The position numbers and the translations under genes are program-made. Of a stretch of DNA of 64,000 nt, positions 27,970-36,687 are shown in pieces (the first letter of the stretch is position 1; every line of letters begins with the position of its first letter). The notes under the pieces were generated by a model. It saw only the letters and a list, made by a program, of their open reading frames with translations, did not search any database and was not told where the DNA came from. This DNA comes from Escherichia coli (GTDB lineage Bacteria > Pseudomonadota > Gammaproteobacteria > Enterobacterales > Enterobacteriaceae). The stretch lies in the NCBI RefSeq assembly GCF_016903815.1, contig NZ_CP069973.1. One strand, given 5' to 3'.

Positions 27970-30192
27970 TTGGCTGTTCAATTCGCTTATCCGTGGAACG
28001 TCCCACGGTCGGCAATCTCCAGCCCATACCTTACTTATGAGCAACAGCATCGCCGCGACCGTATGTTCGCGGCTTTGCTGCATGCAAAAAAGGTGCTTTC
28101 TCTCCAGCCCGACTGCGTGCGGTTAGATGTTTATCGCACTGCTGCGGTGCTGGAGCAAAATCAGGGTAGTCAACGAGCCAATGCATTTTTAATCAGCTTC
28201 TGCAAAAAGGCATTGCCGCGTCTTGAACTGGTCGCAAAAAAATACGAATGCGCTGGTATCAACAGCAAGGTATCAACCGCTGTTTTTGGAAGTCATTTTG
28301 ATACTCAGCAAATGCAATATCTGTCGTCACGCATGGTTAATATGGTCGCCCGATATAACCGTCTCCCGGACATGTCGCGCGCTGATGTTGACCTGTTGGC
28401 CGCTGATATTGCTAATTTCATTCGTGGTGAACTTGCCAACATTAATGACCACGGATTCGGCGAGCTTAAAACGCTGTACACCTGGTATATTCGTGCTGGC
28501 TTTATTTCCCTCCAATTCAACGTTATCCCACCACATTGGGAGCGGGTTGAAAAAAAATATGTCGGTGCGGATGAAATCGCACCGGCTATCGCCAAAATGT
28601 TTAACGATGGGTGGTGGCGCGGTCGTTTGCGCCGTGTAGCAGCTACGTGGCGCGAACACCTGCAAATTGCAGTCGGCAACGTCAGTAAGAAAAAAAACAC
28701 TTACGCGAGTAAAAACTGCGTGACTGACTGGCGTGAACAAAAGCGCCGCACTCGTGAATTTCTCAAAGGTCTGGATCTCGAAGACGAAGACGGCAACCGT
28801 ATCAGCCTAATTGAAAAATATGATGGCTCAGTTGCTAACCCTGCGATTCGCCGCTGTGAGCTCATGACCCGCATTCGTGGGTTTGAAAACATCTGTAATG
28901 AGCTCGGTTATGTCGGTGAGTTTTACACTCTAACCGCGCCGTCAAAATATCACGCCACGACTAAAGCCGGTTACCGTAACAGCAAATGGAGCGGTGCCAG
29001 CCCGGCTGACACGCAAAACTATCTAACCGGTATCTGGGCGCGTATCCGTGCCAAACTACATCGGGAAGATGTCCGTATTTTCGGTATTCGTGTCGCCGAG
29101 CCCCATCACGACGGCACTCCACACTGGCACATGCTGATGTTCATGCTGCCGGAAGATGTTGAATATGTTCGCTCCATCGTCCGTAAATACGCATGGAAAG
29201 AAGACCGCCACGAACTGAAAAGCGATAAATCCAAAAAAGCACGTTTCCACGCGGAGTCCATTGACCCGGAGAAAGGCAGCGCAACCGGCTATGTTGCTAA
29301 ATACATTTCAAAAAATATCGACGGTTATGCTCTCGATGGTGAAACCGATGATGAAAGCGGTGAGCTGCTGAAAGAGACAGCCCCCGCCGTTTCAGCATGG
29401 GCTGCGCGCTGGCACATCCGTCAGTTTCAGTTTATTGGTGGTGCGCCGGTGACGGTTTACCGTGAGTTGCGTCGCCTCGCTGATACCGAAACCGCGCACG
29501 GTCTGAGCGTTGAGTTTGCCGCCGTCCATGATGCCGCCGACGCTGGTGACTGGGCTGGTTATGTTAATGCTCAGGGTGGGCCGTTTGTCCGTCGCGATGA
29601 TTTACAGGTGCGCACACTGTATGAACCGCGTACCGAGCTTAATCAGTACGGTGAGGAAACGGTATGTATTAAGGGGGTCTACGATTCCTCCATAGGTGCA
29701 GGAAGCCCGATTTTAACCCGGCTCACTCAGTGGAAGATTGTTCCGAAGCGTGCTGTTGATTTGGCCGTTGACCTTCAGGACGGCAAAGCCGTCCCTCGGA
29801 GTTCTGTCAATAACTGTACGGGAAGCGAAAGCGATCCACCGATACTGGATTTAACAAAACCACTGAGTCGGCGTGAAAGACGAGAATTGACCAACCGACT
29901 CAGGAAGCAAAAGCCAGCAGCACGGCGAAAATTCATCCACGGAACGGATGAGCAAAACGCAGCTATAGCTAAAACTATCGATGAGATACATCTGACAACC
30001 GGCATTAATATCAGCCGGGGCGAAGCCCTGCACCTGATGGCCGGTGGTAAAAGTTGTTTTGATGGTAAATGGCTACGCGGAACGGCCAAAGGAGAAATAT
30101 TTTCCGCAGCACCATCGCATGAAGCTAAAGCTCGGAAAATCCTTAATCGTGTTGCGGCGATGGCTGAAGCATCAAAACCAATACATGAGTAA
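27970..30192 (+). CDS. replication initiation endonuclease (P2 gpA-like rolling-circle Rep)
   Basis: 740-aa product with HxH metal motif (HWHMLMF) and active-site Tyr context (YVAKYISK). Confidence 0.9.
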   Translation: MAVQFAYPWNVPRSAISSPYLTYEQQHRRDRMFAALLHAKKVLSLQPDCVRLDVYRTAAVLEQNQGSQRANAFLISFCKKALPRLELVAKKYECAGINSKVSTAVFGSHFDTQQMQYLSSRMVNMVARYNRLPDMSRADVDLLAADIANFIRGELANINDHGFGELKTLYTWYIRAGFISLQFNVIPPHWERVEKKYVGADEIAPAIAKMFNDGWWRGRLRRVAATWREHLQIAVGNVSKKKNTYASKNCVTDWREQKRRTREFLKGLDLEDEDGNRISLIEKYDGSVANPAIRRCELMTRIRGFENICNELGYVGEFYTLTAPSKYHATTKAGYRNSKWSGASPADTQNYLTGIWARIRAKLHREDVRIFGIRVAEPHHDGTPHWHMLMFMLPEDVEYVRSIVRKYAWKEDRHELKSDKSKKARFHAESIDPEKGSATGYVAKYISKNIDGYALDGETDDESGELLKETAPAVSAWAARWHIRQFQFIGGAPVTVYRELRRLADTETAHGLSVEFAAVHDAADAGDWAGYVNAQGGPFVRRDDLQVRTLYEPRTELNQYGEETVCIKGVYDSSIGAGSPILTRLTQWKIVPKRAVDLAVDLQDGKAVPRSSVNNCTGSESDPPILDLTKPLSRRERRELTNRLRKQKPAARRKFIHGTDEQNAAIAKTIDEIHLTTGINISRGEALHLMAGGKSCFDGKWLRGTAKGEIFSAAPSHEAKARKILNRVAAMAEASKPIHE

Positions 30193-30266
30193 TTCATATC
30201 CATATCATGCACATACAGCAATCGCTCTATTCGTTTTTTTTCTTCCCATCTTTTGCCAATACGTGC

Positions 30267-30286
30267 TACTGTATAAATATACAGTA
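30267..30286 (+). promoter_or_regulatory. LexA operator (SOS box) upstream of tum/dinI-like pair
   Basis: TACTGTATAAATATACAGTA, near-perfect CTGT-N8-ACAG palindrome, followed by GGGAGGG SD and ATG at 30306. Confidence 0.75.
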
Positions 30287-30305
30287 ACCCTATGGGAGGG
30301 ACTTC

Positions 30306-30488
30306 ATGGTTGGCGAACATTTCAGCCGAACGCAGCAAAAGTGGGCTTGTGTGCAATTTATTGCCGAGGTATCTCTGATTGCAAACTGCAAGCCATCAGA
30401 CTTAAAGCTCGCGCTCACTCTCATTGCAGACCTAGCAAACAGCGAAAATAACGAAACCGAAGATGATAATTTTTATAAGGCTGATTAG
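30306..30488 (+). CDS. small protein, candidate Tum-like antirepressor module
   Basis: 60-aa ORF directly downstream of the LexA box; function inferred from position only. Confidence 0.45.
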   Translation: MVGEHFSRTQQKWACVQFIAEVSLIANCKPSDLKLALTLIADLANSENNETEDDNFYKAD

Positions 30489-30491
30489 ATT

Positions 30492-30722
30492 ATGAGAATC
30501 AATATCACGTTGGATAAAGAGCAAAAATTAGGGCAACAGATCATTGATGCTTTTCAAAATGAAATAACACATCGAGTACAATGCGTTTTTCCTGCAACAA
30601 AAGTTAACGTTAAGAAAGGGTCAATGACTGGTGTAGAGGCTATCGGATTCGATAAAGAGGCGGACAGAGAAACATTAGGCAGCATATTACAAGAGATTTG
30701 GGAAGACGATAGCTGGCGTTAA
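30492..30722 (+). CDS. DinI-family protein
   Basis: 76-aa product with DinI-like C-terminus (…LGSILQEIWEDDSWR). Confidence 0.75.
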   Translation: MRINITLDKEQKLGQQIIDAFQNEITHRVQCVFPATKVNVKKGSMTGVEAIGFDKEADRETLGSILQEIWEDDSWR

Positions 30723-30761
30723 ACATAATAACCGTGCTGGCGCAAAAACTAGCTTTTTGCG

Positions 30762-30795
30762 TCGGCGGGGTTGAGTAACGAGCCCACGAGGCTTA
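30762..30795 (+). repeat. direct repeat copy 1 (GGCGGGGTTGAGTAACGAGCCCACGAGGC)
   Basis: About 80 percent identical to copy 2 at 31165..31198; follows a hairpin. Confidence 0.5.
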
Positions 30796-30921
30796 AGTCC
30801 TGCCTTTCAAAATTTCTCAATGTGCTATTGATGACACGCCCATGATTAATGAGGCATGACCTGAGATGGTTTTATAGTGGCGTTTTGACGGCACTGATTA
30901 AAATTCATTGAGGGTGATAAT

Positions 30922-31131
30922 ATGCATCGACTACCAGGTGAAATACCGCAACACAAAACTAAAAGCATCAAACTGATGGCCATCGTTCATCGTTTGCAGC
31001 AGATAATGGTCAATGAGAATTTGACACCCGCAGAGCTGGTCGGGTGTGCCGAAATAGTCAGGGATAATTACGGCAAGCTGGATAGCATCAGCAGGTCGAA
31101 ACAATACGCACCACCACCACGTCGACGATAG
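30922..31131 (+). CDS. hypothetical small protein (69 aa)
   Basis: Good SD (GAGGGTGA) 6 nt upstream of ATG; flanked by the two direct repeats. Confidence 0.4.
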   Translation: MHRLPGEIPQHKTKSIKLMAIVHRLQQIMVNENLTPAELVGCAEIVRDNYGKLDSISRSKQYAPPPRRR

Positions 31132-31164
31132 CAAACGCCGCCGGTTCTGAAACTCGCTTTCAGT

Positions 31165-31198
31165 ACTGGCGGGGGTTGAACAACGAGCACCGCGAGGC
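31165..31198 (+). repeat. direct repeat copy 2 (GGCGGGGGTTGAACAACGAGCACCGCGAGGC)
   Basis: See copy 1; lies in the convergent gap between the 69-aa ORF and the 313-aa gene. Confidence 0.5.
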
Positions 31199-31205
31199 GT
31201 TAGCA

Positions 31206-32147
31206 TTAATTTATTTTTAATGAATGGTAATCTCGTGAGTTGACCGAAGATTTGAGATAACTGCAATCATTAACCGACAGTATTGCCGCTAATAGGCGAC
31301 ATACCAGTGCCTGCATTTGCAGCAATATATCGTTACCATATTGACTGTTGTTAACACTTGAGAAACCAAGCGGTTGACCAAAAAAAATAGCCTCATGAAA
31401 ATTATCATTGCGGATGCCAGAAATGTTTTTTTTACCTGACACCCATGTGGGGATTGATAACCCATAAATTTTGCACATCCACTTTAATCGCTTGTAATGA
31501 TTTGGCGGTTTTTTATCAGGAGCCTTGTCATGCTCAGCCCACGACAAAGCAAAGCACCCATCAAGTGCCATGTAAAGGTACTGGAATTTTTCAAAAGAAA
31601 GGTATTGTGGGTTTTGAGATAAGAATAGTGCATGCACCACTGCCGCAATTCTTTTGGGGGAGTGCGCATCCTTATGTTTGCCATTTATATAATTAAGAGC
31701 CAGTTCTATGACTTCTTTTTCAGAGCATCCAACGAGAATAAAGTCGGTTAACTTAGTGGGCTTGATAGTGGTTGCATCTAAAAAACCAGCGTCAGTGGTT
31801 GTCAATCTTATTCCCTTGAAAAAAGAAAGGCACCACACAATAAAGTTGAGAGTTTCTAACGAGGATGTATTTTTTAATTTTAGTGTGTGCGTTTTGGGCA
31901 TACTGAATACTCGGTGACTATAAGGCATTGTGGATATGCCACCATTAAGGTTATATACATCTTGGTTTCCAGGGTATATCCAACCTTTCACAACGTTTTT
32001 ATCATTATTAACACGCTCCACTTTCTCATTGAGACCAGGTAAAGTAAGCAAAGAAAATTGTTCAGTCTCAATGTTAACTTCTACTGGATAGTATCCAAAC
32101 TCCGACATAATCTCATTGGGTTGCTGTTCGTCAACTTCACCTTGCAT
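31206..32147 (-). CDS. accessory protein (313 aa) with Rx4H motif; candidate HEPN-like abortive-infection protein
   Basis: A+T-rich ORF in the region between replication gene A and cos; motif GIRNDNFHEA (R-x4-H); no other recognised domain. Confidence 0.65.
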   Translation of the reverse strand: MQGEVDEQQPNEIMSEFGYYPVEVNIETEQFSLLTLPGLNEKVERVNNDKNVVKGWIYPGNQDVYNLNGGISTMPYSHRVFSMPKTHTLKLKNTSSLETLNFIVWCLSFFKGIRLTTTDAGFLDATTIKPTKLTDFILVGCSEKEVIELALNYINGKHKDAHSPKRIAAVVHALFLSQNPQYLSFEKFQYLYMALDGCFALSWAEHDKAPDKKPPNHYKRLKWMCKIYGLSIPTWVSGKKNISGIRNDNFHEAIFFGQPLGFSSVNNSQYGNDILLQMQALVCRLLAAILSVNDCSYLKSSVNSRDYHSLKIN

Positions 32148-32384
32148 ATCTTTCTCCGTTCAAAAATAGGCTCGATAATTATCGAGAGGCTATCATGTTT
32201 GGAAAGAATCAATGTCCGTAATTTTTGTAAATTTAAGGTGATTTATCAATAAATAAGCTGTGCATGCAACAGGTGCATGGTTCTGCATGCGCCGGGGTTA
32301 CCCGTTTTGTACGTGCGCCGCAAGAGCTGGCGGGGATCCAGAGTGGTCATGCAACTGCATTAAAACCGCCCCATAAAGCGGGCA

Positions 32385-32403
32385 GGCGTGGCGGGGAAAG
32401 CAT
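32385..32403. other. candidate cos site (cohesive end)
   Basis: GGCGTGGCGGGGAAAGCAT closely resembles my recollection of the P2 cohesive end (GGCGAGGCGGGGAAAGCAC); embedded in a GC-rich non-coding stretch near Q. Confidence 0.55.
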
Positions 32404-32622
32404 TGCGCGCCAGCAGTGATGCGTAATAATAAAAATTATCCTCTGAGCGCGTCGTGATGGCGCTGTCGTGGTCGCTGCTGGTTCGTTGGTGGTCGGGTGT
32501 GTTCGTGCGCGTGAGACGCATCTGATGCGTGATGGTGGTGTGCATGGAAAAGCCACCAGGAGCAGCGGCTTTACAGGAGTGGCAGGATTCAAACTGCTAA
32601 TTATGTTTCTACTATGATTAAA

Positions 32623-33627
32623 CTAATTTACATGTATGTAGAGTTCACCGTCGCCAGACCAATCGGGACACTCTAAAACAAGCCCAAACTGCTTGAATAT
32701 TTCATCAATGATTATTGTTATCTCCCGAAAATCACCAAAACCTGTAATGTGCTGGTCATTAAACTTCCCATAAAGATTCTGAAAAGCAATGCCTAATTCT
32801 GATAATTGATATCTTATCTTTGAGTTGGATAGTGTAAGGGATAGCTTTGGATCGTATTCTTTAATATTGATGTTTAGAGAATGGACATAACCCATCGCAT
32901 AAGCATAAGAGTTGATGATTAGCCTGATACGTTTTTTTACTTCGAGATACATGTCATTCAGAGAAATATTACCGTACTTATAACCCCAGATGAGTTTTTC
33001 AATCTCGTCAGATACTTCATTTACAACAGTGTCAAGATTCTCTAAAAATAAATCGATAGTTTCTTGAGGGGCAGACCCCGAAGACATGTAATTAGCGAGA
33101 TATTCAGACCATGCACGCGTGGCTGAGATAAGAAGCGCGCTACCATACTCGTTGACTGTAAAGTTTTGGGCTAAGCATGTTAGTAAGTTTTTTTCATGTA
33201 CGTGCACTAATTCATGGTGAATGCGATGGATGACTGCGAGGTATCCTTCTTCTTTCAGTTTTAAGAAGCTACCATCATTGAAAAGCTCAACAAAAAAATC
33301 AATCGATAGCACAAGGGTATATTCTTCACATAGCCCATCATTGCCAATTTTTGTTACTAACTGCCCGACGGCTGCGCCCTGTTTGCTATTGGTAAATGAA
33401 CTAGGGGATTTGTGTTGGTAAGAGGATGTTACCTTTTGAAGAGCTTCACTGAAGTTATAGGAAACAATCACGCATTTTAATTTGGAGATATCAAGATTGA
33501 GATTTTTTGTTAAAGCTCGGATAGCTTCTAGTGTGAAATTACCGATATTATTTGCTTCTTGCTCAGTAGCGAAACCTTCGAGGGTTATTTTAAAATCAGT
33601 TTCCAAAATATTAATCTCCGCGCCCAT
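32623..33627 (-). CDS. accessory protein (334 aa) with HExxH motif; candidate zincin-like metallopeptidase
   Basis: A+T-rich ORF between cos and portal gene Q; motif HRIHHELVHVHE with Glu about 23 residues downstream. Confidence 0.65.
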   Translation of the reverse strand: MGAEINILETDFKITLEGFATEQEANNIGNFTLEAIRALTKNLNLDISKLKCVIVSYNFSEALQKVTSSYQHKSPSSFTNSKQGAAVGQLVTKIGNDGLCEEYTLVLSIDFFVELFNDGSFLKLKEEGYLAVIHRIHHELVHVHEKNLLTCLAQNFTVNEYGSALLISATRAWSEYLANYMSSGSAPQETIDLFLENLDTVVNEVSDEIEKLIWGYKYGNISLNDMYLEVKKRIRLIINSYAYAMGYVHSLNINIKEYDPKLSLTLSNSKIRYQLSELGIAFQNLYGKFNDQHITGFGDFREITIIIDEIFKQFGLVLECPDWSGDGELYIHVN

Positions 33628-33704
33628 TGTTTTGATATTCGATGCACTATAGCTTTCGCAGATTGCATCTTCAATAATGAGCGCAGAGATTGTGGCGGCC
33701 TAAG

Positions 33705-34751
33705 TTATTCTGGGTTGTCGAGGGTGTACTCTTTGAATCTGATGACCTCCATGCCGAGCCAGTCATTTACCTCCCTGAACCGGTCCTGTAGCGGCGACAG
33801 CTCGTTGCGCACAAATACCTTTGCCACCTTCTCAACATCACCGAGTGAACCGATATTCTCGGGCTTGCCGCCCATGAGCTGGAACGGTACGCGGTGCGCG
33901 TCCATCAGATCGGCGGCACTGGCCTTCTTGATGTTGAAAAAGTCATCCTTTGTGGCGACCTCGCTCAGTGGCACGATTTTGATGCCGTCCGGTTTTCCGC
34001 CGGGAGCGTAGAAAAACAGGTTCTTAAAGTTGCCGAGCCCTTTTGAGTTGCGCATCGCCTCGCGCAGCGATTCGACGTCGGTCGCGCTCTGCGCCGGGTC
34101 AGTCACATACATGATGTAACCCGCGTGCGCGCCGTTCTGATAATACTTGCGGCGGAACAGCGTCGCGGATTCATTCAGCCAGGCGGAATTTAGCGCGCTG
34201 AGATATTCGGGCAGGCCGTAAATCTCCTGATTAATGTCGGGCTCCAGCAGGTGAAACACGGTATCAGGCGCGAACTCGTGCGGCTGGGTGAAGTTTTCCA
34301 CAAACCAGAAAATCGAATCGTCGACTCCGCGTCGGGTGTATTTGGCTGGCGAGGCCAGCAGTTTGATTAACTGGCCGGTGACGCTGTGGCGCTGCTCAAG
34401 AAAGGCGTTACCGAACACCAGATAATCGAGCGCAAAGCGGCTGAAATCCTGACGGGATAACAACGGGTGCGGAATGTAGGTGCTCGCGAGCACGTTACGC
34501 TTAACATAAATTGGCGAGCTGTGATGCACGGCAGAGCGCAGGCTCTTTGCCAGCCCTGAGAAGCTGACCGGCGGCTCGTACCATTTGCCGTTACTGATGC
34601 ACTCGACGTAATCCAGAATGTCGCGCTTATCGAGCACCGGCACCGGCTCGCCGAAGGTGAACGCTGTCGTTTTTGGCGGTGCGCTGGCGGTCAGTTGTTG
34701 TGGTTTGCTGGCCTTTTGTGCGTTGGCTTTACGGGATTTTTGTTTACCCAT
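33705..34751 (-). CDS. portal protein (P2 gpQ-like)
   Basis: 348-aa product, size and position match P2 Q; adjacent to terminase. Confidence 0.9.
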   Translation of the reverse strand: MGKQKSRKANAQKASKPQQLTASAPPKTTAFTFGEPVPVLDKRDILDYVECISNGKWYEPPVSFSGLAKSLRSAVHHSSPIYVKRNVLASTYIPHPLLSRQDFSRFALDYLVFGNAFLEQRHSVTGQLIKLLASPAKYTRRGVDDSIFWFVENFTQPHEFAPDTVFHLLEPDINQEIYGLPEYLSALNSAWLNESATLFRRKYYQNGAHAGYIMYVTDPAQSATDVESLREAMRNSKGLGNFKNLFFYAPGGKPDGIKIVPLSEVATKDDFFNIKKASAADLMDAHRVPFQLMGGKPENIGSLGDVEKVAKVFVRNELSPLQDRFREVNDWLGMEVIRFKEYTLDNPE

Positions 34752-34752
34752 T

Positions 34753-36522
34753 TTAGTTGAACTCCAGAATAGATTTAGGCTGCATGCCGCTACCGGCAGA
34801 AAGCGGTTCGTTTAACAGGGCGTGCATGGTCGCCCATGCGATATCGGCGTGGCTGGCTTCCTCGGTGCGGCTGGCCTCATAGGTGGCGCTGCGCCCGCTG
34901 CTGGTCATGGTTTTGCGGATGGACATAAACGACTGCGTGACGTCGGTTGCTCCGGCGTCGTACTCCAGACAGCCACGGCGAATGGTGTCTTTCGCCTTGA
35001 GTACCATTGCGGTTTTCATTTCAGGTGTGTAACGGATGCCGCGTGCCGCCGGGTAAAATGAGCGCACCAGCTGGAACACGCCGAGACCGAGGCCGGTTGC
35101 GTCAATGCCGATGTATTCGACGTTGTATTTCTCGGTCAGCTTGCGGATGCCCTCTGCCTGTGCTGCAAAATCCATGCCCTTCCACTGGTGGCGCTCCAGC
35201 ATGCGGAACTTGCCACCAGAGACCACCGGCGGCGCGAGCACGACGCACCCGGCACTGTCGCCGGTGTGTGACGGGTCGTAGCCAATCCAGACAGGACGAG
35301 AGCCGAACGGATGGTCGGCGAACGGGGCAAAGTCCTCCCATTCCTCCATTACATCGACCATGCAGCGCTGCAGCTCCTCGAACGGGAATACCGACGCTTT
35401 ATCGTCGACAAACTCGCACATAAACAGGTTCTTAAAGTCCTCATCACTGTTTTCGCGTTTGAGCTGGTCGAGGTCGAACAGGGTGCAGCCACCCGCAAGG
35501 GCGTCCTCAATGGTGACAATCTGCCGCCACTGGCCATCGTCGCAGAGCTGGCCACCGGCGAGCGCGCTGTGACTGATGTCGATTTCGATGCGGTCGGCAA
35601 TCCGGCTGCGCCCCTTGTTGAACAGCTCGCCAGACCAGAAGGGGTAAGCGCCGTGCGCCAGCGTGGAAGGTGTCGAAAAATAGGTCGAGCGCAGGTGCTT
35701 TTGCGAGGCCATGCCCGAGGCGACTTTGCGCAGTTTCTGAAAATTCGGGATCCAGAATATTTCATCGACATACAGATCGCCGTTATGGCTCTGCGCGGTG
35801 TTGGAATTGGTACCGAGAAAAATCAGTTTTGCGCCGTTGTTACCGATGACAATCGGGTCGCCAGTCAGGTCAACGTCGACCAGTCGCGCAAACTGGATGA
35901 TGTATTCGCGGAACACGTAAGCCTGCGTTTTACTGGCTGATAAAAATATCTGGTTATGGCCGGTTTTGAGTGCGCGCAGCAGTGCCTCGCGGGAGAAATA
36001 GAATGTCGCGCCAATCTGGCGGGATTTGAGAATGTCACGAATACGGTGCTCCAGTCCTGCGCGGTACCACTGCAACTGGTACTCGAAAGACTGGTCGAAA
36101 AATAATTCCTCTAGTTTATCGATAGCCTCGTCGCTGAAAAAATTCTTTTTCGGCTTTTTGCGCTCCCCTTTGTTGCGGTTGGCGACGTTGGGGTTAAGGT
36201 CGGCTTCGTTGCCGGTCTGGCTGTAGCGGTTGACTCGCGCCAACCGTTCAATCTGCCGTCCGAGCAGGTCAATCTCTTTGAAATCACCCCCTGTCTTTTG
36301 CGGCTTGGCGATGAGCTGAATCAGCCTAGCCTCAAGGCTGCTTTCAACGCGGGAAATCGGCGCGATGCCGTCCCAGCCGTCACGCTGCTTCCAGCTCTGC
36401 ACGGTCGGGCGCTTGACCTGCAGCATTTCGGCAATCTGTGGCACGGAAAAACCCTGCCAGTAAAGCAGCGATGCCTGCCGTCGCGGGTCATGCAACAAGG
36501 TTGTATCGGTGGAAATGGTCAT
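34753..36522 (-). CDS. terminase large (ATPase) subunit (P2 gpP-like)
   Basis: 589-aa product; divergent from capsid operon. Confidence 0.9.
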   Translation of the reverse strand: MTISTDTTLLHDPRRQASLLYWQGFSVPQIAEMLQVKRPTVQSWKQRDGWDGIAPISRVESSLEARLIQLIAKPQKTGGDFKEIDLLGRQIERLARVNRYSQTGNEADLNPNVANRNKGERKKPKKNFFSDEAIDKLEELFFDQSFEYQLQWYRAGLEHRIRDILKSRQIGATFYFSREALLRALKTGHNQIFLSASKTQAYVFREYIIQFARLVDVDLTGDPIVIGNNGAKLIFLGTNSNTAQSHNGDLYVDEIFWIPNFQKLRKVASGMASQKHLRSTYFSTPSTLAHGAYPFWSGELFNKGRSRIADRIEIDISHSALAGGQLCDDGQWRQIVTIEDALAGGCTLFDLDQLKRENSDEDFKNLFMCEFVDDKASVFPFEELQRCMVDVMEEWEDFAPFADHPFGSRPVWIGYDPSHTGDSAGCVVLAPPVVSGGKFRMLERHQWKGMDFAAQAEGIRKLTEKYNVEYIGIDATGLGLGVFQLVRSFYPAARGIRYTPEMKTAMVLKAKDTIRRGCLEYDAGATDVTQSFMSIRKTMTSSGRSATYEASRTEEASHADIAWATMHALLNEPLSAGSGMQPKSILEFN

Positions 36523-36687
36523 TGATGCCTCGCCGTAGTGGATTCAGGGCAAGGCTACTTAATGGCCGTCAGTGATTCGCTAAGGTGCTGTTGTGTGGGC
36601 GGTTGTCCAGTCGTCATTGGTGGTCTGGCGTGTCCTGAGTCTGGAAACTGGCGGTGACCAGTAACCTCAACCTCAGGACTCCTGACA

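Noticed and set aside
35311-35940. 209-aa plus-strand ORF and several others antisense to terminase gene P
   Set aside because: Antisense to a conserved phage gene; Arg/Ala-rich composition consistent with chance frames in GC-rich DNA.
36523-36687. Ogr-box (TGT-N12-ACA) late promoters in the divergent P/O intergenic region
   Set aside because: I could not find an exact TGT-N12-ACA dyad by eye, only near matches; divergent late promoters are expected here but are not annotated for lack of a clear site.
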